A DNA stretch of 64,000 bases from NCBI GenBank assembly GCA_963700145.1, contig OY969474.1, positions 3,712,001 to 3,776,000 on the forward strand. Direction: 5' to 3'. Under the pieces are notes generated by a model. The model did not search any database. It saw only the letters and a program-made list of their open reading frames with translations, and was not told where the DNA came from. The position numbers and the translations under genes were made by a program. The DNA comes from an uncultured Acidobacteriota bacterium. GTDB lineage: Bacteria > Acidobacteriota > Thermoanaerobaculia > Multivoradales > UBA5704. Below are positions 28,926 to 42,038 of the stretch, in pieces; the first letter of the stretch is position 1, and every line of letters starts with the position of its first letter.

Positions 28926-30377
28926 ATGCTGAAAGAGCGAGCCCGGATCCTGACGGTCGGCATCTTCCTGCTCGACCTATCCCTAGTCGCCGCCGCCTTC
29001 CTCCTCTCCTGGCTCCTCCGCAACGGCCCCCTCCCCTCCTGGGCCCCCGGCACCTTCCCCAGCCGCCTCTACCCCCTCTCCGAGTACCTGACCCTCCTCC
29101 CCCTGGCCTTGGCCATCTGGGGCGTCCTCCTCCTCTCCTCGGGCCGCTACCGCTCGCACCGCACCGTCCCCCTCCTCGACGAGGCCCTCGCCGTCATCCG
29201 CGTCTGCGTCCTCGGCGCCGCCCTCTTCACCCTGAGCCTCTACGTCGGCCGCTTCGACGAGAGGCTCCTCGGCGACCGCATCAGCCGCTTCTGGGTCCTC
29301 CTCTTCGCCGTCTTCTCCTGCCTCTTCCTGCTCACCGAGAAGCTGGCGATCCGCCTCACCTCGCGCTACGTCCGCTTCCGCGGCCTCAACTACCGCACCG
29401 TCTTGATCGTCGGCACCAACGAGACCGCGCTCGAGATCGCCGAGTCCATCCAGTCCCACCGCTTCTGGGGCTTCCGCGTCCTCGGCTTCGTCGGCAACGG
29501 CCCGCCGCCGGGGGACTCCTGGCGCGGCCGCTTCGCCGTCCTGGGCGACCTCGACGACATCCCGCGCATCGTCGAGCAGCACGTCGTCGACGACGTCATC
29601 TTCGCGGTCAACCGCCGCGACCTCGACCTCCTCGAGGACCTCTTCCTCTCGCTCCAGGAGCAGGGCATCCGCACCCGCTTCGCGATGAACCTCTTCCCCA
29701 ACGCGCGGGCGAAGATGGAGCTCGAGGAGCTGGACGGCATGCCGCTCCTCTCCTTCTCGACCACCCCGACCGGTGTCCTCCAGCTCATGGGCAAGCGCGT
29801 CCTCGACGTGGCGGTCTCGGCGCTCATCCTGGCCCTCGCCGCGCCGGTCGTGCTGACGATCGCCCTGGTCATCAAGCTGACGTCAGGGGGCAACGTCCTC
29901 TTCCGCCAGACCCGCTGCGGCCTCAACGGCCGCTCCTTCACCCTCTACAAGTTCCGCACGATGGTGGAGGGCGCCGAGGAGCGGCGGCGCGAGCTGCTGC
30001 ACTTGAACGAGATGAACGGCCCGGTCTTCAAGCTGCGCAGCGACCCCCGCGTCACGGCCTTCGGCCGCTTCCTACGCAAGTTCAGCCTCGACGAGCTGCC
30101 GCAGCTCTGGAACGTGCTGCGCGGCGACATGAGCCTGGTCGGGCCGCGGCCGCCGATCCCCGAGGAGGTGGCGCGCTACCAGCGCTGGCAGCGGCGGCGG
30201 CTGGCGATGAAGCCGGGTCTCACCTGCCTCTGGCAGATCAGCGGCCGGAACAACCTCGACTTCGACCGCTGGATCGAGCTCGACCTGCAGTACATCGACT
30301 CCTGGACGCCGCTCCTCGACCTCAAGATCCTGCTCAAGACGATCCCGGTCGTCCTTTCCGGGAAGGGCGCTTCTTAG
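28926..30377 (+). CDS. Polyprenyl-phosphate glycosylphosphotransferase (WcaJ/WbaP-like priming sugar transferase)
   Basis: N-terminal TM helices, KRVLD, KFRTM, DPRVT..GRFLRKFSLDELPQLWNV.RGDMSLVGPRP. Confidence 0.95.
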   Translation: MLKERARILTVGIFLLDLSLVAAAFLLSWLLRNGPLPSWAPGTFPSRLYPLSEYLTLLPLALAIWGVLLLSSGRYRSHRTVPLLDEALAVIRVCVLGAALFTLSLYVGRFDERLLGDRISRFWVLLFAVFSCLFLLTEKLAIRLTSRYVRFRGLNYRTVLIVGTNETALEIAESIQSHRFWGFRVLGFVGNGPPPGDSWRGRFAVLGDLDDIPRIVEQHVVDDVIFAVNRRDLDLLEDLFLSLQEQGIRTRFAMNLFPNARAKMELEELDGMPLLSFSTTPTGVLQLMGKRVLDVAVSALILALAAPVVLTIALVIKLTSGGNVLFRQTRCGLNGRSFTLYKFRTMVEGAEERRRELLHLNEMNGPVFKLRSDPRVTAFGRFLRKFSLDELPQLWNVLRGDMSLVGPRPPIPEEVARYQRWQRRRLAMKPGLTCLWQISGRNNLDFDRWIELDLQYIDSWTPLLDLKILLKTIPVVLSGKGAS

Positions 30378-32142
30378 CCAGCTTCAGGGGGGTCTCCGGG
30401 TCCGGCGTCACGCCGGCCTGCTGGAGCATCTGCAGCGTGATCGAGTCCTGCGGCACCCGCAGGTCGATCAGCGACAGGCCTTGCCGCGTCTTCGCCTCGT
30501 CGAGCGCCGCCTCCAGCTCCGTCATCGTCTCGACCGTCGCGCCCCAGCCGCCGCCGAAGACCTCGGTCAGCTTGGCGTAGCTCCAGGGGTGGAGGAGGTC
30601 GAACGGCTCGGGCGGGTGCCGCTGGCCGTGCTGGTCGGGGACGAAGTAGTAGGGGTCGACGAACGCCTGCTCGATGCCGTAGAGCGCGTTGTTGAAGACG
30701 AAGACCGTCGCGTCGTGCCCCGAGCGCACGATGTCGGAGGCGGCCTGCGCGATCTCCTGGAAGCCGCCGTCGCCGCAGAAGACCACCGCGCGCTTGTCCG
30801 GCGCCGCGTAGCCCACGCCGACGGCGCCGCCCGGGGTGTAGCCGATCGAGTTCCAGGCCGCCTGCGCGATGAAGCCGTCGCGCCGCCGCACCGGCAGCTC
30901 TGCGGCCGAGTAGAGGGCGATGCTGGTGTCGGCGAGGAGCACCATCGAATCGTCCACCCAGCTCTGCATCCGCGCGAAGAAGCGGTTGTAGGTGACGCGG
31001 TCGTCCGCCGGCGCCGCCGCGGCCGGGGCGAGCGCGGCCAGGCGGACGCGGGCGCTGGCGGCCGGCGTCGGCACCCGGCCGAGCACCGCCGCGGCGCCGG
31101 CCGGAGCCCGGTAGCTGCGCTGCTCCAGCCGCTCGACCAGCCGCTCCATGAAGGCGGCGAGCGGCACCTCGTCGTAGGTTTTCTTCCCGACGCGCACCGT
31201 GTTGTTGTAGGCCAGGATGAGGTTGTCGTAGTGCCCCTGCACCCAGTCCGCGAAGTCGTCTGTCACCACGTTGCCCAGGCCCAGCACCCAGTTCGAGGCG
31301 TTGAACAGGTCCATCACGTTCTTGACCGCCGAGGCGCCGTCGAAGACCCCCTTGAACCCCGGGTGGTCCTCGGAGAGGACCGACTTGCCCAGGAGGTCGG
31401 TGGTCCAGGGCAGCTTGGTGGCGCGGATCACCTCCTCGAGCCGCGCCTGCAGCCCGAAGCGCTGGACCTCGACGCCGGCCCAGAGGACCGGCACTGTGGC
31501 CCCCTGCAGCCGCTCGAGGGTGCGGTCGACGGCGCGCTCGAGGGCGCGCTTCGAGAGCGGCAGCGCGCCGGGCGCCAGCCGGCCGGCGGGCGGGCGGCAG
31601 GCCTCGCCCCAGGCGTTCTGGTAGACCTCGATGTAGACCGGCCGCCGCCAGGTGAGCGCCGCCTCGAGCGCGCGGTCGATCTGCGCCGGCGCGCGCCGCC
31701 CCGAACGCACCACCTCGCGGGCGACCACGACGTTCTTGACCGACTGGGCGTCGGCGGTGAGCGTGCCGGTCGAGTGGTGGTAGAGGACCCCCTCGTGCCG
31801 CTCGACGTGCCGGTTCTTGAACGAGGGGCTGCCGACGACAAGCGCCACCGGCAGCTCCTCGACGTACGAGCCGGCCAGCGCGTTGAGGACGCCGAAGGTG
31901 CCGACGCCGTAGGTCAGGCAGACGGCGCCGGTGCCGCGCAGGCGGGCGTAGGCGTCGGCCGCATAGCCGGCCACCCACTCGTTGGTGACGCCGACGCGGG
32001 TGATCCGCTTGGCCGGGTCCTTGTCGACGGCGCTCAGGAAGGGCCCGGAGTAGTCCCCCGGGACGGCGAAGAGGTGCGCGGCGCCGAACTCGGCGAGGCG
32101 CGCGATCAGGTAGTCCTTGACGGTCGTCGTCGGCTCCGCCAT
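30334..32142 (-). CDS. TPP-dependent alpha-keto acid decarboxylase (pyruvate/indolepyruvate decarboxylase family)
   Basis: FAVPGDY, NE..AGYAADAYAR, YHHS, SIGYT, GDGGFQ...NN. The 3' end overlaps the convergent sugar transferase by 44 nt. Confidence 0.9.
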   Translation of the reverse strand: MAEPTTTVKDYLIARLAEFGAAHLFAVPGDYSGPFLSAVDKDPAKRITRVGVTNEWVAGYAADAYARLRGTGAVCLTYGVGTFGVLNALAGSYVEELPVALVVGSPSFKNRHVERHEGVLYHHSTGTLTADAQSVKNVVVAREVVRSGRRAPAQIDRALEAALTWRRPVYIEVYQNAWGEACRPPAGRLAPGALPLSKRALERAVDRTLERLQGATVPVLWAGVEVQRFGLQARLEEVIRATKLPWTTDLLGKSVLSEDHPGFKGVFDGASAVKNVMDLFNASNWVLGLGNVVTDDFADWVQGHYDNLILAYNNTVRVGKKTYDEVPLAAFMERLVERLEQRSYRAPAGAAAVLGRVPTPAASARVRLAALAPAAAAPADDRVTYNRFFARMQSWVDDSMVLLADTSIALYSAAELPVRRRDGFIAQAAWNSIGYTPGGAVGVGYAAPDKRAVVFCGDGGFQEIAQAASDIVRSGHDATVFVFNNALYGIEQAFVDPYYFVPDQHGQRHPPEPFDLLHPWSYAKLTEVFGGGWGATVETMTELEAALDEAKTRQGLSLIDLRVPQDSITLQMLQQAGVTPDPETPLKLAKKRPSRKGRPGSS

Positions 32143-32143
32143 C

Positions 32144-33805
32144 TCAGTACCCCAGCGAGTAGTCGGACGGGAGCCACGACGGGCGCTTCAGCCCGAAGTG
32201 CTCCTCGAGCATCAGCTCGGCGGTCTGCAGGGCGCCTTCGACCCAACCCTGGTTGATCGAGTAGGCCTCGCCGCAGATGAAGACCTGCTCGTCCGGCAGC
32301 GGCTGCCGGACCTTCGGCATGATCTCCCAGAAACGCGTCCCCGCCTTCCAGGCGTGCCAGCCGCCGCCGTAGGGGTCGTCCGACCAGTCGTGGTAGGCGG
32401 CGGTGTAGGGCTCGGGGACGAACTCGAGGCCGTGGACCACCCGTACCAGGTCCTGCGCCGCCGCGACCATCTGCTCGGTGATGGCGAACGGCGTGTCCGG
32501 CACCGGGCTGCCGGAGACGAACGGGTTGGGGCGGCCGCGGAAGGCGTGCTCCTCCCCCAGCGTCTGCACCTCCAGCGCCTTCCAGAACGGCACGCTCCCC
32601 AGGTCGTTGTAGCTGACCATCATCAGCGAGTTGTCGTTGGCGGGGTCGCCCCCCTTCTCCTCCCCTTCGGTCTGGAAGTAGAAGGTCTGGCGCAGCGGCA
32701 TGTCGGTGATCGAGCGGCCGGCGCGCAGGCCGAGCACCCGCCACCAGGGGTAGGGGTAGCCGAGGAAGATCTTGAACGCCGCCTGGCTGATGACCGCGTT
32801 GATCATCTCGCGCACCGACTGGTCCTGGATCAGCGGGTCCCAGCGCACCAGCTCGAGCGAGCGGCGCGGCATCGCCAGCACCACCTTCTGCGCCGACACC
32901 TTGAGCGTCTCCTTGGGCCCGGGGATGGTGCGCGCGTTGGTGCGCCCGGAGGCGTCGGTCGCGGTGCGCACGAAGAGCAGTGAGTAGCCGTCGCCGTGCC
33001 GGGCCAGGGTGTCGAGGCGGCAGTTGGAGTGGAAGTCGCCCTCGATGTCGATGAACGCCTGCCCCACCGCCCGCGGCAGCGCCTCGTAGCCGGCCACCAG
33101 CGTCCGGTACTTGACCTTCGGGCCGAACTCGAAGACCGGCAGCGAGAGCACGGAGTTGGAGTTGGCGACGTTGGTGTAGTAGCCCCCCGCGTCGTCCATG
33201 AACTGGTAGGCCTCGCTGGTCAGGACGCGGTAGAGCAGGTTCCAGAACCCGGTCTTGTAGAGCTTCTCGCCGTTGAAGACCTCCACCTCGTTCCACTGGT
33301 CGGCGGTGAGCTTGTCGGCGTGCGGCACCAGCGAGTCCATGACGTAGCGCTGGAGCTGGTCCGGGTTCATCCCCTGCTCGGTCGGGTTCATCAGGTACGG
33401 CACGAGGGCGGGGTCGGTCAGGTCGCGCGCCCGCATCAGGCGCCGCCGCAGGTAGACCAGGTTGTTCTCGCCGCCGGGGTCGTCGGGGGCGCCCATCGGG
33501 AACTCGCGCGTCGGCAGCCCCTGGTTCTCGATCAGCTCGCGGACGAAGGTCTGCGTGTCGGGGATGTAGCGCATGCCGCCCAGCTCGGCGTTGACGTGCG
33601 GCATCCCCGGCAGCGGCAGCGAGTAGAGCCGGCCGCCGATCCGGTTGCTGTACTCGAAGAGGGCGATGCGCTGCTTGGGGTACTTCTGCTTCAGGCGCCA
33701 CGCCGCGTAGACCCCGGCGCAGCCGGCGCCGACGACGGCGACGTCGACCTCGAAGTCCGCTTCGTCCGAGGGCTCGAACGCTTCGTGCACCAGCGGTCTG
33801 GCCAT
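32144..33805 (-). CDS. Flavin-dependent amine/L-amino acid oxidase
   Basis: VVGAGCAG, RIGGR, ELGGMR, GEAYS..QGWVEGAL. Confidence 0.9.
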   Translation of the reverse strand: MARPLVHEAFEPSDEADFEVDVAVVGAGCAGVYAAWRLKQKYPKQRIALFEYSNRIGGRLYSLPLPGMPHVNAELGGMRYIPDTQTFVRELIENQGLPTREFPMGAPDDPGGENNLVYLRRRLMRARDLTDPALVPYLMNPTEQGMNPDQLQRYVMDSLVPHADKLTADQWNEVEVFNGEKLYKTGFWNLLYRVLTSEAYQFMDDAGGYYTNVANSNSVLSLPVFEFGPKVKYRTLVAGYEALPRAVGQAFIDIEGDFHSNCRLDTLARHGDGYSLLFVRTATDASGRTNARTIPGPKETLKVSAQKVVLAMPRRSLELVRWDPLIQDQSVREMINAVISQAAFKIFLGYPYPWWRVLGLRAGRSITDMPLRQTFYFQTEGEEKGGDPANDNSLMMVSYNDLGSVPFWKALEVQTLGEEHAFRGRPNPFVSGSPVPDTPFAITEQMVAAAQDLVRVVHGLEFVPEPYTAAYHDWSDDPYGGGWHAWKAGTRFWEIMPKVRQPLPDEQVFICGEAYSINQGWVEGALQTAELMLEEHFGLKRPSWLPSDYSLGY

Positions 33806-33838
33806 GATCTCTCCTGTCGGTCGGTGCGGCGGAGCATC

Positions 33839-35630
<1,792 letters not shown>

Positions 35631-35911
35631 GGCGGGCTCCTGAGGAAGGTTCGCGGGCATTCTAGCCCGCGGCCGAGAGCGAGGCGGCCGCCGCCCGGTC
35701 GGCCGGGATGAAGCGCGCCGGGTATGGCTCGGGTCGCCTTCCGGCACCCTTGTAGCGGGACAACCGCCGCCTTCGCCGCGCCCGCCACGAAGAGAGGTAT
35801 AGAGAAAGGGACCGGGCCTGATTAACGGCTCGCGGCTCAAGGTAAGCAGCCAGCTGCTCTTCAGCCCCGATGGTCCGTGATCGTTCGCGACTCGAATTGG
35901 CTAAAGCGACA

Positions 35912-37330
35912 TCACACTAGGGCGGCAGTGCTCGACGGGTTAGTAGCAACTAGCCCTTTCCCACTCTCGACCGCCCCGCCCCCCGTGAGCGCCCGCCCGA
36001 ACCTTTCGTAGCTATCTTCAAGGTTTTGAATGCCCGGCAATATCTCGCCACCCAGCATCTTTATCAAGGCTCCGCCCGCCAAGCTCAAGTAATCAATTTC
36101 TGTTTCGCGAATTGCGAATTCTCTGAGCATAGCAGTCGTATCACCGCCACCCATCACAACGTATATTCTGTCCTTAACCTGCGGGCTTATTACAAACTCC
36201 AGAAGCTTACGTGAACCGGTATTAAAGTCTATCGATAGATCGTAGGCGCCCATCGGTCCCTTAATGTAGACCATCAGTTGCTGATCAGCATCCAGACCTT
36301 CAACTTCTCGCTGAATCACATTCTCGTAAAGGCGAACCGTTCCATCGCCGATATCGTACGCGCCGAATTCTCGCGGCACTTCTGAAACTTTGTGGACTGA
36401 ACGTGCAGAGCCGTTACTAGTGCCCGCTACATCGATCGGCAGGACAAAGGTCTTTTCATGACCTCGTAAGAGAGCCTCTACCTTTGGCAAGTAATCCAAA
36501 AGGCTCTTCCCTTTCGAATCTCGTCTCTCAAGAAGACGCCGAGTCTCGCTCCCAAGATCGTATCCCTTTGCAACAAGGCAGAGATTTGCCAGTAAACCGC
36601 CGGTCAAGATGTGTCTAACCAAGCCCTCTCGCAGCGCTCGCTCAATCAGACTGAAGTAGTCCTGAATCTTTGTACCACCGAGCATGAAAATGCTGCTAGG
36701 ATTCTCAGCCTTGAGAAAACGTGTCTTCAAAGTGTCAACCGTAGAGAGTTCTTCGTGAAGGTTGGGGCCAGCTATGTTGGGAATGTCCTGGAACCCAACC
36801 ACTGAGCGATGTGAGCGGTGAGCTATCGAGAAAGCGTCCAACACGAAGAATTCGACACCGCATTTCTCTATAAGGTCGCGTATGAAGCGAGATTTGGCGT
36901 GCTCTGAAGGAGGGAGGCTCTGTGATTCGCCGGGCAGGAATCTGAGATTCTCCAAGAGCAGCGCGGTCCCTCCCTTCATTCTGCTGATCGCCTTTATTGT
37001 ATCCTCGTTAAGGGTGTCATCGATGAATGTGTTGCCAATATAGTCGATGTCTCCTGTGATGTTCGGCCGAAGGCTTCTTTGAATGAATCCAGTTCCAATA
37101 TAACTGAGGTCGCCTGGCCGACCGTTATGAGTGCCCACGATGACTCTCGCGCCTTTCTCAAGTGCCAAGCGCCTGATCGTGCGCGCGGAACGAATGATTC
37201 GGGCGTTGGCCTGGATATCTCCATGCGCCACGGTAGTGTTTGTGTCAACGCGAAGGAAAACCACTTTATTTCGAAATACTTCGCTGCCATACAAATCTTC
37301 GATGAGGTCGATGGTCAGGTAGCGAAGCAT
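35912..37330 (-). CDS. pgk: Divergent phosphoglycerate kinase (lower GC, archaeal-like motifs)
   Basis: RVDTN, HNGRP, LLENLRF, DAFSIAHRSH, GGTK, DIG, GPMG, GGGDT, SLAGGA. AGGAGG RBS before ATG 37330. Confidence 0.85.
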   Translation of the reverse strand: MLRYLTIDLIEDLYGSEVFRNKVVFLRVDTNTTVAHGDIQANARIIRSARTIRRLALEKGARVIVGTHNGRPGDLSYIGTGFIQRSLRPNITGDIDYIGNTFIDDTLNEDTIKAISRMKGGTALLLENLRFLPGESQSLPPSEHAKSRFIRDLIEKCGVEFFVLDAFSIAHRSHRSVVGFQDIPNIAGPNLHEELSTVDTLKTRFLKAENPSSIFMLGGTKIQDYFSLIERALREGLVRHILTGGLLANLCLVAKGYDLGSETRRLLERRDSKGKSLLDYLPKVEALLRGHEKTFVLPIDVAGTSNGSARSVHKVSEVPREFGAYDIGDGTVRLYENVIQREVEGLDADQQLMVYIKGPMGAYDLSIDFNTGSRKLLEFVISPQVKDRIYVVMGGGDTTAMLREFAIRETEIDYLSLAGGALIKMLGGEILPGIQNLEDSYERFGRALTGGGAVESGKGLVATNPSSTAALV

Positions 37331-37343
37331 AGAACCTCCTTGG

Positions 37344-37625
37344 TCAGGAGATTGCATTGCCCTTGGATGACAGTTGCCATGAGAGAATGTACTCGGTGGA
37401 GTCGTACCTGTGGACGGTGGATGACACCTCGAGATAGCCGTCGATCTCGAGTTCGTGTAAGAGGTGGAGAAACTCGATCTCGGTCACGGAGAACCCATGG
37501 GGTACACCGTGCTGCAGAAACTCGCGATCCGTGTCGCATCCTTCTACTAGCCGTGACTCGAATACACCAGCGACCTGGATCAACTCCAGAAGACGCAGCT
37601 TGTCGGGATCGACGAGCGTGGACAT
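37344..37625 (-). CDS. Small hypothetical protein, possible winged helix
   Basis: GGAGGA RBS; helix-turn-helix followed by a beta hairpin (LHELEIDGYLEV...WQLSSKG); directly upstream of pgk. Confidence 0.6.
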   Translation of the reverse strand: MSTLVDPDKLRLLELIQVAGVFESRLVEGCDTDREFLQHGVPHGFSVTEIEFLHLLHELEIDGYLEVSSTVHRYDSTEYILSWQLSSKGNAIS

Positions 37626-37998
37626 CGTTAGATCCTCCTGCGGGCTACGTCGGAGCGGGGAAGGCGCACACTCAGCATTTTGGGCATCTGTGGCGGGCGG
37701 CTTGGCGTACGCGCCTCCTCGCCCTGCGCGACTCCCGAGGCACTACTCCCTAGGACCGACATGCTGCCGATGGCCTCTTCATGGGACCACACGGAGAACT
37801 CAGGTTGGCGGCAGCGCCGCGGTAGTCCTCGGCGAGGCGCACGGGATGCCCATACGCTGTCATTACCGCGCTCAACCTACCAGATGCCTCACCGCGTCGC
37901 AACCCCCTGGGCCTACGGAGGTTGCGATTCTTGATCTTCGCTTGCACGGTCGCGCACGCGCTCGGTGAAGGTCTTGACTCGGGTGTGACGGATCGGGC

Positions 37999-38763
37999 TC
38001 AGGATGCAAGATACGATGCCGCGCGGTCGGCGATCCATAGGAGCTCGCCGTCCTCGGGGCGGATGAGCCGCGCCGGGGTGCGGCTCGGGTCGCCGTCCGG
38101 CGCCCGCGCGGCGCGCAGGGCCGCGGCCTTCGCCGCGCCCGCCACCAGGAAGAGGAAGCAGCGCGCGCGGTTGAAGGCCGGGACCGTCAGCGTCAGCCGC
38201 CAGGCGGCGAGCTTCTCGACCCAGACCGCCGCCGCCAGCCGCTGCCGCTCGGCGAGCACCGCGCTGCCGGGGAAGAGCGACGCGGTGTGGCCGTCCTCGC
38301 CCAGCCCCATGAGCACCAGGTCGAAGCGCGGCGGCTCGCCGGCCGCGAGGCCGAAAACCGCGCGCAACGTCGCCTCGTAGGCCGCCGCTGCCTCCTCGGG
38401 GGGCAGCTCGGTGCGCCAGCGGTGGAGGTTCCCGGGCGGCGCCGGCACCCGCGAGAGCATCGCCTCCCAGCTCATCCCGAAGTTGCTCTCGGGGTGAGCG
38501 GGCGGCACGTAGCGCTCGTCCCCCCAGAAGAATCGCGCCCGCTCCCAGGGGAAGGCGCCGCGCAGCGCGGGCTCCTCGGCCAGCAGCTCGTACAGGCGCC
38601 GCGGCGTGCTGCCGCCCGAGAGCACCCAGGAGAAGGTGCCCCGCGCCGCGACCGCCGCCGCGGCGCGCGCGACGATCTCCCCGGCCGCCGCCCGCGCCGC
38701 CTCCTCGGCGTCGGCGGCGACCCGCAGCGCGCCCGCTACGCCTTCGGCTCCCACATCCGCCAC
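37999..38763 (-). CDS. pgl: 6-phosphogluconolactonase
   Basis: [35 protein letters not shown]; start approximate. Confidence 0.93.
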   Translation of the reverse strand: MADVGAEGVAGALRVAADAEEAARAAAGEIVARAAAAVAARGTFSWVLSGGSTPRRLYELLAEEPALRGAFPWERARFFWGDERYVPPAHPESNFGMSWEAMLSRVPAPPGNLHRWRTELPPEEAAAAYEATLRAVFGLAAGEPPRFDLVLMGLGEDGHTASLFPGSAVLAERQRLAAAVWVEKLAAWRLTLTVPAFNRARCFLFLVAGAAKAAALRAARAPDGDPSRTPARLIRPEDGELLWIADRAASYLAS

Positions 38764-40244
38764 TTCCGGCCGTCGCGGGCCATCAGCTCGTCCGCCTCCG
38801 GCGGCCCCCAGGAGCCGGCGGGGTAGTCGGGGAAGTCGCGCGGCGGCAGCGCCTCCCAGACGTCGAGCACCGGCGTCAGGATGCTCCAGGCCACCTCCAC
38901 CATGTCGGCGCGCTGGAAGAGCGTGCGGTCGCCGGTCATGCAGTCGTAGAGCAGCGTCTCGTAGCCGGTGGCGGGCTCGGTGCCGAAGTAATCCGAGTAG
39001 CAGAACTCCATCTCGACGTTGCCGAGCCGCACCTCGGGGCCGGGGACCTTGGCGCCGAAGCGCAGCGCGATCCCCTCGTCGGGCTGGATGCGGACGACCA
39101 GGAGGTTGGCGCGCAGCCGCTCGACCGAGGTGCCGCGGAAGAGCTCGAAGGGCGCGCGCTTGAACTCGATGGCGATCTCGGTGACGCGGCGGGGGAGGCG
39201 CTTGCCGGTGCGCAGGTAGAAGGGCACGCCGGCCCACCGCCAGTTGTCGATGCCGAGCTTGAGCGCGACGAAGGTCGGTGTCGGCGAGCCCGGCGCCACG
39301 TCCGGCTCCTGCCGGTAGCCGGGCACGGGCTTGCCGTCGATTTCGCCCGGCCCGTACTGGCCGCGCACCGCGCAGTGCAGCACCTCCTGCGGCGCCAGCG
39401 GCGGGATGGCCTTCAGGATCTTCACCTTCTCGTCGCTCACCGCGTCGGCCTCGAAGGAGATCGGCGGCTCCATGGCGGTGATCGAGAGGAGCTGGAAGAG
39501 GTGGTTGGGCACCATGTCGCGCAGCGCCCCGGCCTCCTCGTAGTAGCGGCCGCGCCGCTCGACCCCCAGCTCCTCGGCCACGGTGATCTGCACGTGATCG
39601 ACGTAGCGGCGGTTCCAGATCGGCTCGAAGATGCCGTTGGCGAAGCGGAAGACGAGGAGGTTCTGGACGGTCTCTTTGCCCAGGTAGTGGTCGATGCGGT
39701 AGACCTGCGTCTCGGCCAGCACCTCGCGGATGGCGGCGTTGAGCGCCACGGCGCTGGGGTAGTCGCGGCCGAAGGGCTTCTCGATCACGACTCGCCGCCA
39801 GCCGTCGCGCTCGGCGAGGAGGCCCACCTTGCCCAGCCGCTTGAGGGTGGGGACGAAGAGGCTCGGCGGCACGGCGAGGTAGAAGAGCGCGTTGCCGCCG
39901 GTCTCGTGGGCCGCGTCGAGCTCGCGCAGGCGCTCGGCGACGGCGCGGTAGGTGGCTGCGTCCTCGAGGTCGCCCCGGAGGTGGTGGAGGCGGGCGAGGA
40001 GCCCCTTCCAAGCGTCCTCCTCGACCGGCCCGGCCGCGTGCTCGCGTACCGCGCGGTCCATCTCGGCGCGGTAGGCCTCGTCGGAGAGCTCCTGGCTGCT
40101 TACCGCGAGGACCGCGAAGCGCTCGGCGAGGAGGCGCGCCTCGGCGAGGTTGAGGAGGGCGGGCAGGAGCTTGCGGCGAGTGAGGTCGCCGGTGCCGCCG
40201 AAGATGACCAGGACGCAGGGGTCGGCGGGGCGGGGGGCGTCCAC
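38736..40244 (-). CDS. zwf: Glucose-6-phosphate 1-dehydrogenase
   Basis: [46 protein letters not shown]. Confidence 0.97.
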   Translation of the reverse strand: MDAPRPADPCVLVIFGGTGDLTRRKLLPALLNLAEARLLAERFAVLAVSSQELSDEAYRAEMDRAVREHAAGPVEEDAWKGLLARLHHLRGDLEDAATYRAVAERLRELDAAHETGGNALFYLAVPPSLFVPTLKRLGKVGLLAERDGWRRVVIEKPFGRDYPSAVALNAAIREVLAETQVYRIDHYLGKETVQNLLVFRFANGIFEPIWNRRYVDHVQITVAEELGVERRGRYYEEAGALRDMVPNHLFQLLSITAMEPPISFEADAVSDEKVKILKAIPPLAPQEVLHCAVRGQYGPGEIDGKPVPGYRQEPDVAPGSPTPTFVALKLGIDNWRWAGVPFYLRTGKRLPRRVTEIAIEFKRAPFELFRGTSVERLRANLLVVRIQPDEGIALRFGAKVPGPEVRLGNVEMEFCYSDYFGTEPATGYETLLYDCMTGDRTLFQRADMVEVAWSILTPVLDVWEALPPRDFPDYPAGSWGPPEADELMARDGRKWRMWEPKA

Positions 40245-40249
40245 GCGGT

Positions 40250-41257
<1,008 letters not shown>

Positions 41258-41316
41258 CGCGTTGCCAATCTCCTTTGCCATTGCCATTGTAGAATGGCAG
41301 CAAGCGGGAGGCCAAG

Positions 41317-41571
41317 GTGGAGACGACACTAGACAAGTTCGGACGAGTCGTTCTGCCAAAGCAGGTGCGGGACAGCCTCGGGCTCGAGGCTGGCTCAGTC
41401 CTGCGCATCGAGCAGGCTCCCGGGGAGATCCGCCTCACCCCCGTCGAGGAGAAGCCCTCCTTAGTCTGGCGGGATGGTCTACTCGTGTTCGTCGGCGAGA
41501 TCGAGGGGGACCTCGATGACGCGGTTCGGCGGCAGCGCGAAGAGCGCCTGAAAAAGCTCGTCCGGGGCTGA
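41317..41571 (+). CDS. AbrB/MazE-fold antitoxin (VapB-like)
   Basis: [20 protein letters not shown]. Confidence 0.88.
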   Translation: METTLDKFGRVVLPKQVRDSLGLEAGSVLRIEQAPGEIRLTPVEEKPSLVWRDGLLVFVGEIEGDLDDAVRRQREERLKKLVRG

Positions 41572-41577
41572 GACGCC

Positions 41578-42012
41578 TTGAAGGTGCTCTTCGACACCTC
41601 GGTGATCGTGGCCGCCCTGGTCGCCGGGCACGTCCACCACGCGCGGGCCTCCGCCTGGCTGCGCCGGGCTCACTCACCCGAGCTGCAGCTCGTCGTGGCG
41701 ACCCACACTCTCGCCGAGCTCTACTCCGTTCTCACCGCACTACCTTCGCGGCCGCGCATCTCGCCGCGAGAAGCCTTCTCTTTGATTCAGGAGAACGTCG
41801 AGCGGCACGCGCGCCTGGTGTCGCTCTCCGAGGCCGACTACACAGCCACCTTGCGTGATCTCGCCGCGCGCTCCTTGGCGGGTGGAGTGGTCTTCGACGC
41901 CCTACTGGTGCGCGCGGCGCGCAACGCGGAAGTGGACCAGCTGCTGACGCTGAACCTGAGCGACTTCCGCAGGATCTGGCCCGAAGGGGAAGGAATCCTG
42001 ATCGAGCCCTGA
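41578..42012 (+). CDS. PIN-domain toxin (VapC-like)
   Basis: [24 protein letters not shown]. Confidence 0.9.
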   Translation: MKVLFDTSVIVAALVAGHVHHARASAWLRRAHSPELQLVVATHTLAELYSVLTALPSRPRISPREAFSLIQENVERHARLVSLSEADYTATLRDLAARSLAGGVVFDALLVRAARNAEVDQLLTLNLSDFRRIWPEGEGILIEP

Positions 42013-42038
42013 AGTCGGGTCCTAGGCTTCAGAGATAG

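Noticed and set aside
37626-37998. Possible ncRNA, attC site or small ORFs upstream of the PGK islet
   Set aside because: No convincing attC boxes, recognisable RNA family or coding signal could be established by eye.
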